A program made the position numbers and the translations under genes. Shown piece after piece: positions 44,494-53,518 of a DNA stretch of 57,739 nucleotides (position 1 is its first letter; every line of letters begins with the position of its first letter). The notes under the pieces are model-generated. The model ran no database searches, was not told the origin of the DNA, and saw only the letters and a list, made by a program, of their open reading frames with translations. Source of the stretch: a virus (taxonomy: Duplodnaviria > Caudoviricetes). The DNA lies in the IMG/VR virus record IMGVR_UViG_3300011115_000454, positions 1 through 57,739 of that record; one strand, 5' to 3'.

Positions 44494-46056
44494 CTATTCA
44501 GTTTCAATTCCTTTCATTATTTCTAGCAATGCTCCTTGAAGCTTTTGCTTGGTTCTTAGACGTGTATAGATTCTTCGTTCTATATCACTGGCTGCAATGT
44601 GAGCAATCACTGTTGTGCGAGTCTGCCCCGGCCTTCGAACACGTGCGCATGCTTGTTCATAGATGTCGTTACTATGTATCGGTGCATACCAAACTATAGT
44701 AGTAGCGGCAGTTAAAGTTAATCCATGACTCATGGTTGCAGGGTTAGCCACAATCACATGAGGGAATGAACTGTCTTGAAATGAGCCAAAGATTTGGTCA
44801 CGTTCTGCTTTAGGTGTTGCCCCATGTACAGCGGCTACATTCCACTCACTTTGGAGTTCAGATACAACATGCTCTAGCACCCCTGTCAAGGGTACAAACA
44901 CCAGTACTTTGCCTTCTGATTCCTCTATGATTTCTTTAAGAACATCCATGCGTGGCTTGCTTGGGATATTTATGTATTCACCATCTTTACCATAGGCAAC
45001 ACCGCATGCAATCTGCACAAGTTTATTTGCTTTGACTGCTTCATTGACTGCTAACACTTGACCGCCTTCATACTCCACCATAAGTTTTTCAAGCATGCCT
45101 TTGTACGCTTCTTTTTGTTCTTTAGTCATCTCTACATCACGAGTAACAAATGTTTGCTCAGGCAAATCAATACAGTCATCCAATGCAAAACGAACTGATG
45201 GTTGCATTACTTGTTTAACAACATCAACTGCATTAGAACGTGCAACCCATTTGAACTGACTGATTTGTTTCATCACCAAATCTCTAAACTTACCGAAGTA
45301 TTTAGGTACATCGGGATTTGCAGGTACAACAATTCGGCACTGTGCCCACGCATCTGTTGGTTCATGTGGAGTAGGCGCACCAGTAAGCGCCCATATTCTT
45401 CGTTGTGTTTGTTTATTACATACTGTGTTGAGTGTCTTCCATCTATCTGTGCCTGCGTTTCTAAACATAGCAATCTCATCAACAATAATTAAATCAATGT
45501 CGTCACGATTTTTTAAGTCGTCTTCAATTGTTTTTAATCCGTCTGTGTTGATAATGTATATGTGTGCATCTTGTTTAAGTAGTTTCTTTCTTCGCTCTCG
45601 TGTACCGTATAAAACAACTGCATCCAAGTGTGGAAATGTTTTAAATATTTCATCTGCCCATGTACGCTCCATCGTGGATAGAGGGCATACAACAAGAACT
45701 TTTTTAACAAGTTTTGCGTCTCGCATGTAGTCGTATGACCATAGTGCAGTTACAGTTTTACCAAGACCCATACTATTAAGACAAAAAGCTCTGTCGTGCA
45801 TAGATAAAAAGTTAGCAGTTTCTAACTGCGCTTGAAAAGGTTTGAACCTTCCAGGCCACTTGTAATAGTATGCCATTGGGTCAGGCGCATTGAATCCTAG
45901 GTTGCGTAGCACCTTAACTTCATCGGGTCTGTGAGGTACAGCCACATATGTTTGTCCATTGTAAGTAACCAACTTAGCCGTTGGTATCGGAGTAGTTACT
46001 CTTGATGGGTTGCGCAGTTTTAGGATGAGGGCTTTTTTATCTGTTCTTACTAACAT
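44494..46056 (-). CDS. SNF2-family (SF2) helicase
   Basis: MGLGKT, IIVDE, LTGAP, HGLTLTAA, QACARVRRPGQ. Confidence 0.9.
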   Translation of the reverse strand: MLVRTDKKALILKLRNPSRVTTPIPTAKLVTYNGQTYVAVPHRPDEVKVLRNLGFNAPDPMAYYYKWPGRFKPFQAQLETANFLSMHDRAFCLNSMGLGKTVTALWSYDYMRDAKLVKKVLVVCPLSTMERTWADEIFKTFPHLDAVVLYGTRERRKKLLKQDAHIYIINTDGLKTIEDDLKNRDDIDLIIVDEIAMFRNAGTDRWKTLNTVCNKQTQRRIWALTGAPTPHEPTDAWAQCRIVVPANPDVPKYFGKFRDLVMKQISQFKWVARSNAVDVVKQVMQPSVRFALDDCIDLPEQTFVTRDVEMTKEQKEAYKGMLEKLMVEYEGGQVLAVNEAVKANKLVQIACGVAYGKDGEYINIPSKPRMDVLKEIIEESEGKVLVFVPLTGVLEHVVSELQSEWNVAAVHGATPKAERDQIFGSFQDSSFPHVIVANPATMSHGLTLTAATTIVWYAPIHSNDIYEQACARVRRPGQTRTTVIAHIAASDIERRIYTRLRTKQKLQGALLEIMKGIETE

Positions 46057-46320
46057 TTAATTTCCATACTTGTTACCATTTGTTTTTCTCCATCCTCTGT
46101 TTTTTTCTTTATCTATTACACGCAGATTTGATTTGGCATTAGTGCCATTACCGTCAAGCATTGTTTTGTGGTCAACGTCTTTACCGTCACCCTTGGATAC
46201 TTTGCCGTCACGCATTAACTCTGCACGTGCTTGATTACGCATCTCACGCTTCTTAACCTGTTCGGGTTTTGCGTTGTATGCTTTATCGTATGCTGCTTTT
46301 GTTGGCCCACCTTTGTTCAT
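46057..46320 (-). CDS. small HNH-like protein
   Basis: GDGKDVDHK...GTN..SNLRV....NR. Confidence 0.65.
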   Translation of the reverse strand: MNKGGPTKAAYDKAYNAKPEQVKKREMRNQARAELMRDGKVSKGDGKDVDHKTMLDGNGTNAKSNLRVIDKEKNRGWRKTNGNKYGN

Positions 46321-46613
46321 ATACCCTCCAAATTTAAAAATTCAATTACTTGTTTAGCGTCATCCACCACGATAGCCCATCCACCGTGAGACTTTATTTC
46401 TTCAATTGTGCGTTTTTGATTAGCCGTTGTCTGTGCTCGTTTTCCCGGAGCCTTTGTTTCTATTGCTAAGAACTGTCCCTTCCAACAACAAATAAAATCA
46501 GGTATACCTACTACACCAAATCCATTTTGCATTGGCATAAAAAACCAAATGTCTCGTGTTTTTAACACCTTCTTGACTGCGTCTTTAACTTTGCCCTCAG
46601 GAGTCGATGCCAT
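46317..46613 (-). CDS. VRR-NUC / Holliday-junction-resolvase-like nuclease
   Basis: PEGKVK, GIPDFI, AIETKA, T.NQ motifs. Confidence 0.85.
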   Translation of the reverse strand: MASTPEGKVKDAVKKVLKTRDIWFFMPMQNGFGVVGIPDFICCWKGQFLAIETKAPGKRAQTTANQKRTIEEIKSHGGWAIVVDDAKQVIEFLNLEGI

Positions 46614-47266
46614 TATCTTCTGTCCTTATAGAACTCGCACGTTTTAATTGGACACCATCCATTACATAACCCACTTGGTCTTGGCATCCATGCGTCACGC
46701 TCGTATGCTGATTCAAGTTTCTTTACACGAGGTAAAAACTTTTTCCATATCATTGGCACATCATCACGAGTAAATGTTTCGCTATCAACTTTTTTAATCT
46801 TTAACCAAACAAATCCTGTGGTGACTATGTTTACTTCGGGGTAGTGAGCAAACGTATAACCTGCATATAACATGAGTTGTTTGGTTGGTTTGCGCTTACC
46901 TGTTTTGTAATCAAACACTGCGGCTCTATCTTTATTAACAATTAAATAGTCAGCAATACCTCGTGTCCATGCGTTACTCCAATCGGCAGGTTGAAAGTTT
47001 TCATCAATCGCCATTTTTTGTTCACACATCTTGTTGCCTGATAGGTGATACAGTTTGTTTGCAATCGGTTCCCACTGTTGCATACCCTCAGGTAACGGTG
47101 TGTTGTTGAGCATCCTATGTTCCATCGCAGTGTGGACTTTCTCGCCCCATACTGTGTACTCTGTTGGAGGTTCGACAATATCTTTTTTAACACGCACGTG
47201 ATAATACTGTCGAGGGCAAGTTTCAAACTTGTCGAGTTGCGAATAAGTCCACGCTGGAATTTTCAT
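46613..47266 (-). CDS. PD-(D/E)XK (Cas4/RecB-like) exonuclease
   Basis: YSQL..FETCP, RGIAD, DYKTGK, QL.LYA, C.WCP...C; GGAGG SD. Confidence 0.85.
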   Translation of the reverse strand: MKIPAWTYSQLDKFETCPRQYYHVRVKKDIVEPPTEYTVWGEKVHTAMEHRMLNNTPLPEGMQQWEPIANKLYHLSGNKMCEQKMAIDENFQPADWSNAWTRGIADYLIVNKDRAAVFDYKTGKRKPTKQLMLYAGYTFAHYPEVNIVTTGFVWLKIKKVDSETFTRDDVPMIWKKFLPRVKKLESAYERDAWMPRPSGLCNGWCPIKTCEFYKDRR

Positions 47267-47308
47267 AGGCCTCCACCTCGAACGCACAATTCGTCGAGAA
47301 GTGTGTAT

Positions 47309-47336
47309 ATATTACCCCCACCGTTATAAAAGTCAA
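47309..47336 (-). promoter_or_regulatory. sigma70-like promoter TTGACT-N16-TAATAT
   Basis: intergenic, between polA and the nuclease gene. Confidence 0.4.
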
Positions 47337-47341
47337 GGGGT

Positions 47342-49189
47342 TTATTTTGTATCTGCATAATTATTTCCTGCTTCAACTTCACATGACAGTGGTATATCTG
47401 CACACCATCTTGGGGGTGTTGACATGATGTCAACCATAATCTCTTTACACCAGTCTTCCTCGTCCTCAGGCACTGCGCAAACAACTTCGTCATGAACGGT
47501 CAAGACAACTTTATATCTGCGGTCTTGTGTGTCACGCTTACGCATAAGTTGGTCAATCTTTGCCATTTGGTCAAACACAATGATGCGCGCTAAACCTTGA
47601 ACTGCGTTCTCAATTACCTTACCACCGTATATCTTGACAGGCCCATACCTCCCACTGTATTCATATCCATCTGTTGTTTTGTGCAGTTCGGGGTAACGAA
47701 TCATGGTGTTGTTGAATAAACGTAAGCCTTCCCTATCTGACACTATACCTCTGAGGTTATTGTCGAAACGATACCCCTTACAAACCCCATCTAGTATGTA
47801 GTTTGCGGTTACCCATAACTGGGCTATGCGGTTGTATTTATTTCTGTATAGCGTAACAGTATGCTTGGCTTCTTCTTCAAGAACATCAACTGATATTCCG
47901 CCTGCGCCTACCTTGAGTGTGGCTTTAAACTTGTCTGCCCCCATGCCGTAGCCCAATCCAAGGATGCAAGTCTTACCAACAAATCGTTCAACCTTGTCTG
48001 CTTTGGTTATGGTGCGCCCATATACCTCAGATGCAAAATTCGAATAAATATCTTCGTTATTTTTAAACTGTTCAAGCAAATCGTTTTGCTCGGCTAACCA
48101 AGCAACTACCCTGGCTTCAATCTGTGCTGAGTCACAAGCTACTAACACGTGTCCAGTTGGTGCTGTAATTGACCGCCGCAGCGCACCAGCACGAGGTAGG
48201 TTATGCAAATTCATCTTATCACCGCCACTGGCTCTGCCTGTATGTGCTCCCCAGTAGTTCAGTAGGATGGGCAATCTGCCTCTCTTTGCAATTCCAAGGA
48301 AAGATTCTGTTCTTGTCTCCTCTAGTGTGGACTTGATACCGAACCTTGCCGCAACTACGGCTTGTACCATCGGGTTGTCGTGAAGTAATAGGTTCTTGAA
48401 CGCTTGGTCTGTTTTGCCAAAAGCAAACGTCTCCTTGCCTGTTCGTGCGCTTATCTTGGTAGGTGGTTCAACCTTCAACTGCTTTAACACTTGCGCAAAC
48501 TTGGGATTTGACATGAGGTTCTCTCGTCCTATGCCAACGCTGATGCGCTTCATAAGTTCTTCCTTCTTGTCCTGCACGTTGGTCAAGTGCGCTCCCAATA
48601 CATTACTGTCTAGTTTAAGGACTGGGTCAGTAAACATACGCAACATCATATCTTGTATGTACAGTTCTTTAGGTGGGTTGTGTTGCTTGAGTATCTGATA
48701 CAAGTTATATGTAATGACCACGTCGTTCTTACAGTACTCGCCGTATGCGGCTAGTTCCTCGGCAGTAAAATCTTCACGTTGCATACCGATGGCCTTGACA
48801 ACTTCAGTGCCCTTCTCTCCGAGCATGAACTTCTTGGCTAGTGCCGATAGCGAACCTCCAACGGTTTGGCCTGTAATTGGCCTCGCCATAGAGAGCGTGT
48901 CGAGGTAATACTTCGGCTTGATGCCATATCTCCACGCAAGGATTGCTCCATCGAATGCCATGTTGTGCGCAATGAGGTAACTGTTTTCAATGTCGAGCGC
49001 ACTAAGTTGGAGGGTGATGTCATCGTCACTTCCTGTGACCCATACTGGGTCTTCCTCGTCGACCTTGTAGCTAAAGCCAATAACTTGGAATCTATTATCT
49101 CGGATGTAGGCTTCGGTTGTGATTTTTGAGAGGCTGTATTCTTTGTCATAGTACGTTTCAAAGTCAAGTGTGATTGTTCTGTTTGCCAT
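47342..49189 (-). CDS. polA: family A DNA polymerase
   Basis: exonuclease DFET and AHN..FD; motif A DSAQIEAR; motif B RFVGKTCILGLGYG; motif C VHDE. Confidence 0.92.
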   Translation of the reverse strand: MANRTITLDFETYYDKEYSLSKITTEAYIRDNRFQVIGFSYKVDEEDPVWVTGSDDDITLQLSALDIENSYLIAHNMAFDGAILAWRYGIKPKYYLDTLSMARPITGQTVGGSLSALAKKFMLGEKGTEVVKAIGMQREDFTAEELAAYGEYCKNDVVITYNLYQILKQHNPPKELYIQDMMLRMFTDPVLKLDSNVLGAHLTNVQDKKEELMKRISVGIGRENLMSNPKFAQVLKQLKVEPPTKISARTGKETFAFGKTDQAFKNLLLHDNPMVQAVVAARFGIKSTLEETRTESFLGIAKRGRLPILLNYWGAHTGRASGGDKMNLHNLPRAGALRRSITAPTGHVLVACDSAQIEARVVAWLAEQNDLLEQFKNNEDIYSNFASEVYGRTITKADKVERFVGKTCILGLGYGMGADKFKATLKVGAGGISVDVLEEEAKHTVTLYRNKYNRIAQLWVTANYILDGVCKGYRFDNNLRGIVSDREGLRLFNNTMIRYPELHKTTDGYEYSGRYGPVKIYGGKVIENAVQGLARIIVFDQMAKIDQLMRKRDTQDRRYKVVLTVHDEVVCAVPEDEEDWCKEIMVDIMSTPPRWCADIPLSCEVEAGNNYADTK

Positions 49190-49229
49190 TTTTAGTTCTC
49201 AGTTTGTTATGTATCATAGCAATGCGTCC

Positions 49230-49496
49230 TCATGGTTTTGCGGGTTGGGTTTCTTCAAGCGTCTGTTTAACTGCTCTAACAACTTTGGATTTACTCGCAC
49301 GAATGGATTCCAGTCGTTTGTTTCTAGTTTCTTCAAAACGCTGTAGTTGCTCTCGCTCAATTTGGTGAGGCGAGACAACGGTTTCTTCTGTTGTAAAGTA
49401 GTGCCCATTTTTACATTTCCTCCTTCTTCTAAATCGCATGGGGGTGTCTCTTGTTTCTAGGATGCTTGACTTTTCCTCGCACACAGGACATTTCAT
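49230..49496 (-). CDS. NrdR-N-like zinc-ribbon protein
   Basis: MKCPVC...ETR...RRRRKC.NGH.FTT.E. Confidence 0.7.
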   Translation of the reverse strand: MKCPVCEEKSSILETRDTPMRFRRRRKCKNGHYFTTEETVVSPHQIEREQLQRFEETRNKRLESIRASKSKVVRAVKQTLEETQPAKP

Positions 49497-49690
49497 GCTT
49501 TTTCTTTCAACAACTTACGGCAAGCTGCAAGCGAATCTTTTAAATCGTTTTGTAGTTGCCCAATGTAGTCTTGTTGCTCTTGCATCTTTATGTATGCTTC
49601 TTTGGCAAACTTGGCTAGGTTAGGGTGACTCCACGCTTCAAAACTTGGCAAGTCACATTTGTCATCATCATCGTCGCACATCACGCTCAT
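49493..49690 (-). CDS. hypothetical protein
   Basis: GGAGG SD; ATGA-coupled. Confidence 0.6.
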   Translation of the reverse strand: MSVMCDDDDDKCDLPSFEAWSHPNLAKFAKEAYIKMQEQQDYIGQLQNDLKDSLAACRKLLKEKA

Positions 49691-49799
49691 GTTCTTCCTC
49701 CTGTATATTAGTCAACGCTCTCACAAATATAAACATAACTAGGATGGCTACTATACCTCCAAGGAACAGCAACCCAAAAAGTAAAAGTAGCCCTTCCAT
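49668..49799 (-). CDS. small membrane protein (43 aa)
   Basis: translated by hand, MEGLLLFGLLFLGGIVAILVMFIFV; GAGGGG SD. Confidence 0.5.
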   Translation of the reverse strand: MEGLLLLFGLLFLGGIVAILVMFIFVRALTNIQEEEHERDVRR

Positions 49800-49801
49800 G
49801 T

Positions 49802-50305
49802 TTACCCCTCAAACAGTTCTTTAAGTTTATTGAGTAAGGCCCGCGCCTCAACAACAGATAAGGTACTAAGTAATTCATCAATGTCCAGCTTAGTACTGAA
49901 CTCGAGTTGAGCTGCAGCTGACGTCTTCAAGTTCACTGCCTTCAACTTCGTGGTCTTACCCACCTTCTTTGGTCTGCCTTTAATTTTGCCATAGCGTTTG
50001 TACGTATCACCATATACCGCATACGTATGTGTCCCATTCCTAGAATCTCGTTTGAGCCTACCTGCATTGTGCAACTGCACGAGCCTAGTACCCACTGTTC
50101 TTTCATCAATGTTAGGGTCAATAACATCTAGGTTGTCAATAACTTCCCTTGCCGTTGCCCATGGGTGTACTTTGACGTAGTCCCATATCTTTTCAACTAC
50201 AGGTTTTTCGGATGTAAGAACTATTGATACTTGTTCAGTAGATTCCACATCGTCGTCGAATTTAAGTTCATTTAGTTTCATAAGTTCAGTCTTTAAGTCA
50301 GCCAT
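49802..50305 (-). CDS. winged-helix DNA-binding protein
   Basis: IWDYVKVHP..TAREV...VGTRLVQL..AGRL.R. Confidence 0.6.
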   Translation of the reverse strand: MADLKTELMKLNELKFDDDVESTEQVSIVLTSEKPVVEKIWDYVKVHPWATAREVIDNLDVIDPNIDERTVGTRLVQLHNAGRLKRDSRNGTHTYAVYGDTYKRYGKIKGRPKKVGKTTKLKAVNLKTSAAAQLEFSTKLDIDELLSTLSVVEARALLNKLKELFEG

Positions 50306-50308
50306 GAT

Positions 50309-50512
50309 TTATCCTTTTTCGTGATAGGTGTATTCGTCGTCATACGTTTTCGTGTAGGGGTCTAACCCTGTATGTAACATCAATTGAACTAAACGGGATT
50401 CCAAGCGGGCTAAACGGGCGTTCATTCTTTTCAACACGCCCAGCAAGTTTCCATTTATCTCCGAGTTGTTGGATTGAGCGAATCCACGCTCTTTGGTATT
50501 TCCTTTGTACAT
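50309..50512 (-). CDS. hypothetical protein (start uncertain, possibly at MNARLARL)
   Basis: RLARLESRLVQLM.H.GLDPY; its stop lies just before the next gene's start. Confidence 0.45.
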   Translation of the reverse strand: MYKGNTKERGFAQSNNSEINGNLLGVLKRMNARLARLESRLVQLMLHTGLDPYTKTYDDEYTYHEKG

Positions 50513-50576
50513 CTTTTGTTACCCAGTAATGTTTAAAATTTTCAATAGCTCTGCGTTTAAGTTGGTACTCGGTCAT
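50340..50576 (-). CDS. hypothetical protein (MTEYQLKRR...)
   Basis: strong AGGAGG SD; YQRAWIRSI..LGDKW.LA motif. Confidence 0.6.
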   Translation of the reverse strand: MTEYQLKRRAIENFKHYWVTKDVQRKYQRAWIRSIQQLGDKWKLAGRVEKNERPFSPLGIPFSSIDVTYRVRPLHENV

Positions 50577-50577
50577 A

Positions 50578-51231
50578 CTATCCTCCTGAAGATGCCATGA
50601 ATCTAGCCGTAACTGCCGCCGCAACTGCTGAGTCAGTATCAATGGATGCCAACACATCGAGCGCAGTGCTATCCGTTGCTTGACGTGCAGGCTTGACTGC
50701 CATACGGTCTTTGAATGATTGAGGGACGTACAGTGCTACGTCAGGCCACAATTTAACTGCCTCGTTAAGGGATTTGCAAGACCTTAAGAACGTAGTTACT
50801 TGCTCTTTTACCTTCTCCCATCTGTCATAAACTTCGTAATACGCTATCTTAGCCTTGACTAAATCAGCCATTAGCGGATGGTCTTGAGGTACTTTGACAT
50901 TAAACGAATAGTAAGAATTATGATCGGTGCATGGTGTCTCAAACTTACCGCTAATTGCTCGGATGCTTAGTTCGGCATCACGTTCTTTATCATTAACTTG
51001 AAATTTAGTAATGACATCAATACGGTCAGCCGATGCTTTCCAATTGTCAGGCAGTTGCGCCTTAAGATGTAAGTATTCGCCCCAAATAATTTTGTCCATC
51101 TCAGGGTCTTTAATGTCTCGCTTCAACTCACGAGATGGTTGATTTAATTTCTCAAGTTCTGCGTCACGCATCTTGAGAACTGCGCTCTTAACTTCGTTTA
51201 AAAAAGATGCTGAGATTGCTACGTATGCCAT
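50578..51231 (-). CDS. Nmad5-like protein
   Basis: C-terminal FL.SCKSLNEAVKLWPD..Y.P pattern (recalled resemblance). Confidence 0.45.
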   Translation of the reverse strand: MAYVAISASFLNEVKSAVLKMRDAELEKLNQPSRELKRDIKDPEMDKIIWGEYLHLKAQLPDNWKASADRIDVITKFQVNDKERDAELSIRAISGKFETPCTDHNSYYSFNVKVPQDHPLMADLVKAKIAYYEVYDRWEKVKEQVTTFLRSCKSLNEAVKLWPDVALYVPQSFKDRMAVKPARQATDSTALDVLASIDTDSAVAAAVTARFMASSGG

Positions 51232-51232
51232 G

Positions 51233-51871
51233 TTAATTCTCCGTTTCAGTTAGTTCGTGGGGGATGATGTCGTTGTCGTTCATCCATTCAGTTAGTGTCT
51301 CGTCCGATGTTAAGTGTTCATACTCCTTTGCTAGTTGTTGATATAAATCTTGCATGTGGTCTTCCATGTCTTCCTCAAATATACTGCTTAAATACTCCAA
51401 GTTAAACAAGTCCATGGTGTTGTACCATGCGTCGTATCGCAAGCCGTCTGCTTCGGATAACCCCTCTCTTAGGTATTCCTTATCAGCTTCTGTAAACTCA
51501 TATACTGAGTTTTTTGATTTGTAGTGCCAAGGACTAAGCGGTCTGTAAATAGCACAGTCATATACAACACTCTTGTGATGATAATAACGACCAGTGTGCA
51601 TTACTTCGAACCACCATGATTCTTTTGCAACTTCAGTAAGTATGGGGTTGTCTATGCCGTGACGCAATAAGTACTTTCCCCAATCTTCAACCTTACCTTC
51701 AAAACAAGCACCATCTCCTTGAGACCAAAAACCTGTAAACAATATCCTGTCAACACGTACACCAATGTTGTTCATCTTCTCTGTGAATTCATCTTTGATG
51801 TAGTCTGCCCAGTCGTTGTGGTCTACAAGCGCATCCCTATACTTATCTATCTGAGTTTTTGAGTATTTCAT
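51233..51871 (-). CDS. hypothetical acidic protein with FTGFWSQGDGACF motif
   Basis: long ORF; L.KEYEHLTSDE near the C-terminus. Confidence 0.65.
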   Translation of the reverse strand: MKYSKTQIDKYRDALVDHNDWADYIKDEFTEKMNNIGVRVDRILFTGFWSQGDGACFEGKVEDWGKYLLRHGIDNPILTEVAKESWWFEVMHTGRYYHHKSVVYDCAIYRPLSPWHYKSKNSVYEFTEADKEYLREGLSEADGLRYDAWYNTMDLFNLEYLSSIFEEDMEDHMQDLYQQLAKEYEHLTSDETLTEWMNDNDIIPHELTETEN

Positions 51872-52697
51872 GTTTAACCTTTATGTATGCTGATGGCTCT
51901 TTGGTATAAAGTTCAGTACGCATCCACTTCAAACCATTGCTAATGGCTTTGTCTCTGAGAGACAGCACTCGCATCTCTATTGGAAATGAAGTCCATGTCC
52001 CATCTACATAACCGCTGTGAGGTGCATACGATGAGTTCAACCCTCGCATAAATATATGCTCTGCATCTGAGCCTGTTGGATTTTGTGGGTCAATTTTTAC
52101 ATCTTCTTCAAGCGCAAGTACTTTTCCATTTGCTCTAGCATGAATTTGTACATCGAACGCACCCATCCTAGCCATGCCCTTGACTAACTTACGCAATACT
52201 GCGGTATCTGCTTTCACTCGTTGGGTAATTTCTTTATTAATAACCATTTTGATATCATCTTTTATAACTGGGATGTCTATGATTTTTCCATCGTCATCCA
52301 TTTGTAATTGCATACCCTCATGAAAAGGCAAGTTTGCGTTGTAGTAGTTTGTACCATCTGACATTCGAACATAGTGTTCATAGTTACCATGGTTTCGTTT
52401 GTCTGAAGATACAAGTCTGCCAAGCATTAGGCTCATTCTGTTTTGTAATGTTACGCAATATTTTTCGTCACTCTCACCTCGTCTTGTATTTGTCAATGTA
52501 GTTAACAAGTTTGTTGGTGTTACTCGTACAAGCGGGATACCTAGATTGTTGTTATATCTTGTGTACCATCCGTGATAGGTGACAATAAAATCATCACCGT
52601 CTTGTGTGACACGACAATCTCTGTTTGTTGCTTTGTATGTGTATCCTTTACGTCTCTTGTCAAAAATTTCTTTCAGTCGTTTATATGTTGCTGGCAT
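51843..52697 (-). CDS. hypothetical protein
   Basis: AGGAG SD before ATG 52697; long ORF. Confidence 0.65.
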   Translation of the reverse strand: MPATYKRLKEIFDKRRKGYTYKATNRDCRVTQDGDDFIVTYHGWYTRYNNNLGIPLVRVTPTNLLTTLTNTRRGESDEKYCVTLQNRMSLMLGRLVSSDKRNHGNYEHYVRMSDGTNYYNANLPFHEGMQLQMDDDGKIIDIPVIKDDIKMVINKEITQRVKADTAVLRKLVKGMARMGAFDVQIHARANGKVLALEEDVKIDPQNPTGSDAEHIFMRGLNSSYAPHSGYVDGTWTSFPIEMRVLSLRDKAISNGLKWMRTELYTKEPSAYIKVKHEILKNSDR

Positions 52698-53508
52698 TTT
52701 GTTTTCTCCTGTTAATAATCTCAAGTTGCTTGTCAATAACTAAGTTATGTTGAGCAACCGCTTGTTTATCAAACTCTGCAATAGGGTCTGACTCTTTACC
52801 AAAGTTATTGAAGTCATCAACACCACGCACTAAGAGCGCACTGTCGTCTTCCCCAATAGTTTGTTCGACATGAGTAGCCATGTACCTAATGGCTAAACCA
52901 ACACGAGGTTGATTAGTTAAGTTAAGTTCTGACCCGTGAAAAATCATTACGTGATGTAATGACACCTGCCCTGCTTCAAGAACAATTGGTACAACATCAT
53001 CGGGGTTAACTTTGACGGCAATCTCTTGACCTCTTGACAGTAGGTTGTACTCTGCAAGCGTCTCGATGTGTTGCACCCTTTGCTTGTGGGTCTTTGGAAC
53101 AACATTCATACACCCTGATTCAATTTTGCTAGGTGTAAGGGCTACCCAAGCAGTAACTACATCAGTTGGTGAAAACCTCCAATAGTTGTTATCTTGATGC
53201 CACGACACATAGGCTTTGTCGTTTGCGTCTTTTACAAAGAATTGTGTTGTCCAACATAGTATGTTAGAGCCTAAGACGTCTTCTACTGCATCTAGAATCT
53301 TTGGATGCCGAACGATTGACGTTATCCAAGGTGACAGCAAGTGTGGTTTGTGGTTGTATTGTTCTTTAATCTTCCCACCAATGCGCGTTCTGAACTGCTC
53401 AAATTTGATACTGAAGTCGCTAACTTCATTGAGAGTGAACACATCTATGGGAAATACATAACCATCTTGTTGATATTGCTGAACTTGCTCAGGGGACAGA
53501 ACCTTCAT
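52681..53508 (-). CDS. PhyH-family Fe(II)/2-oxoglutarate dioxygenase
   Basis: Y..DGY start, WHQD (HxD), TAWVALT....GCM.VVP.TH, distal IFHGS..N, R..LAIRY. Confidence 0.88.
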   Translation of the reverse strand: MKVLSPEQVQQYQQDGYVFPIDVFTLNEVSDFSIKFEQFRTRIGGKIKEQYNHKPHLLSPWITSIVRHPKILDAVEDVLGSNILCWTTQFFVKDANDKAYVSWHQDNNYWRFSPTDVVTAWVALTPSKIESGCMNVVPKTHKQRVQHIETLAEYNLLSRGQEIAVKVNPDDVVPIVLEAGQVSLHHVMIFHGSELNLTNQPRVGLAIRYMATHVEQTIGEDDSALLVRGVDDFNNFGKESDPIAEFDKQAVAQHNLVIDKQLEIINRRKQNASNI

Positions 53509-53518
53509 ACTTGTTCCT

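Noticed and set aside
46613-47266. Cas4 as a sign of a CRISPR system
   Set aside because: Stand-alone PD-(D/E)XK nucleases are routine in phage replication modules; no other cas genes or arrays are present
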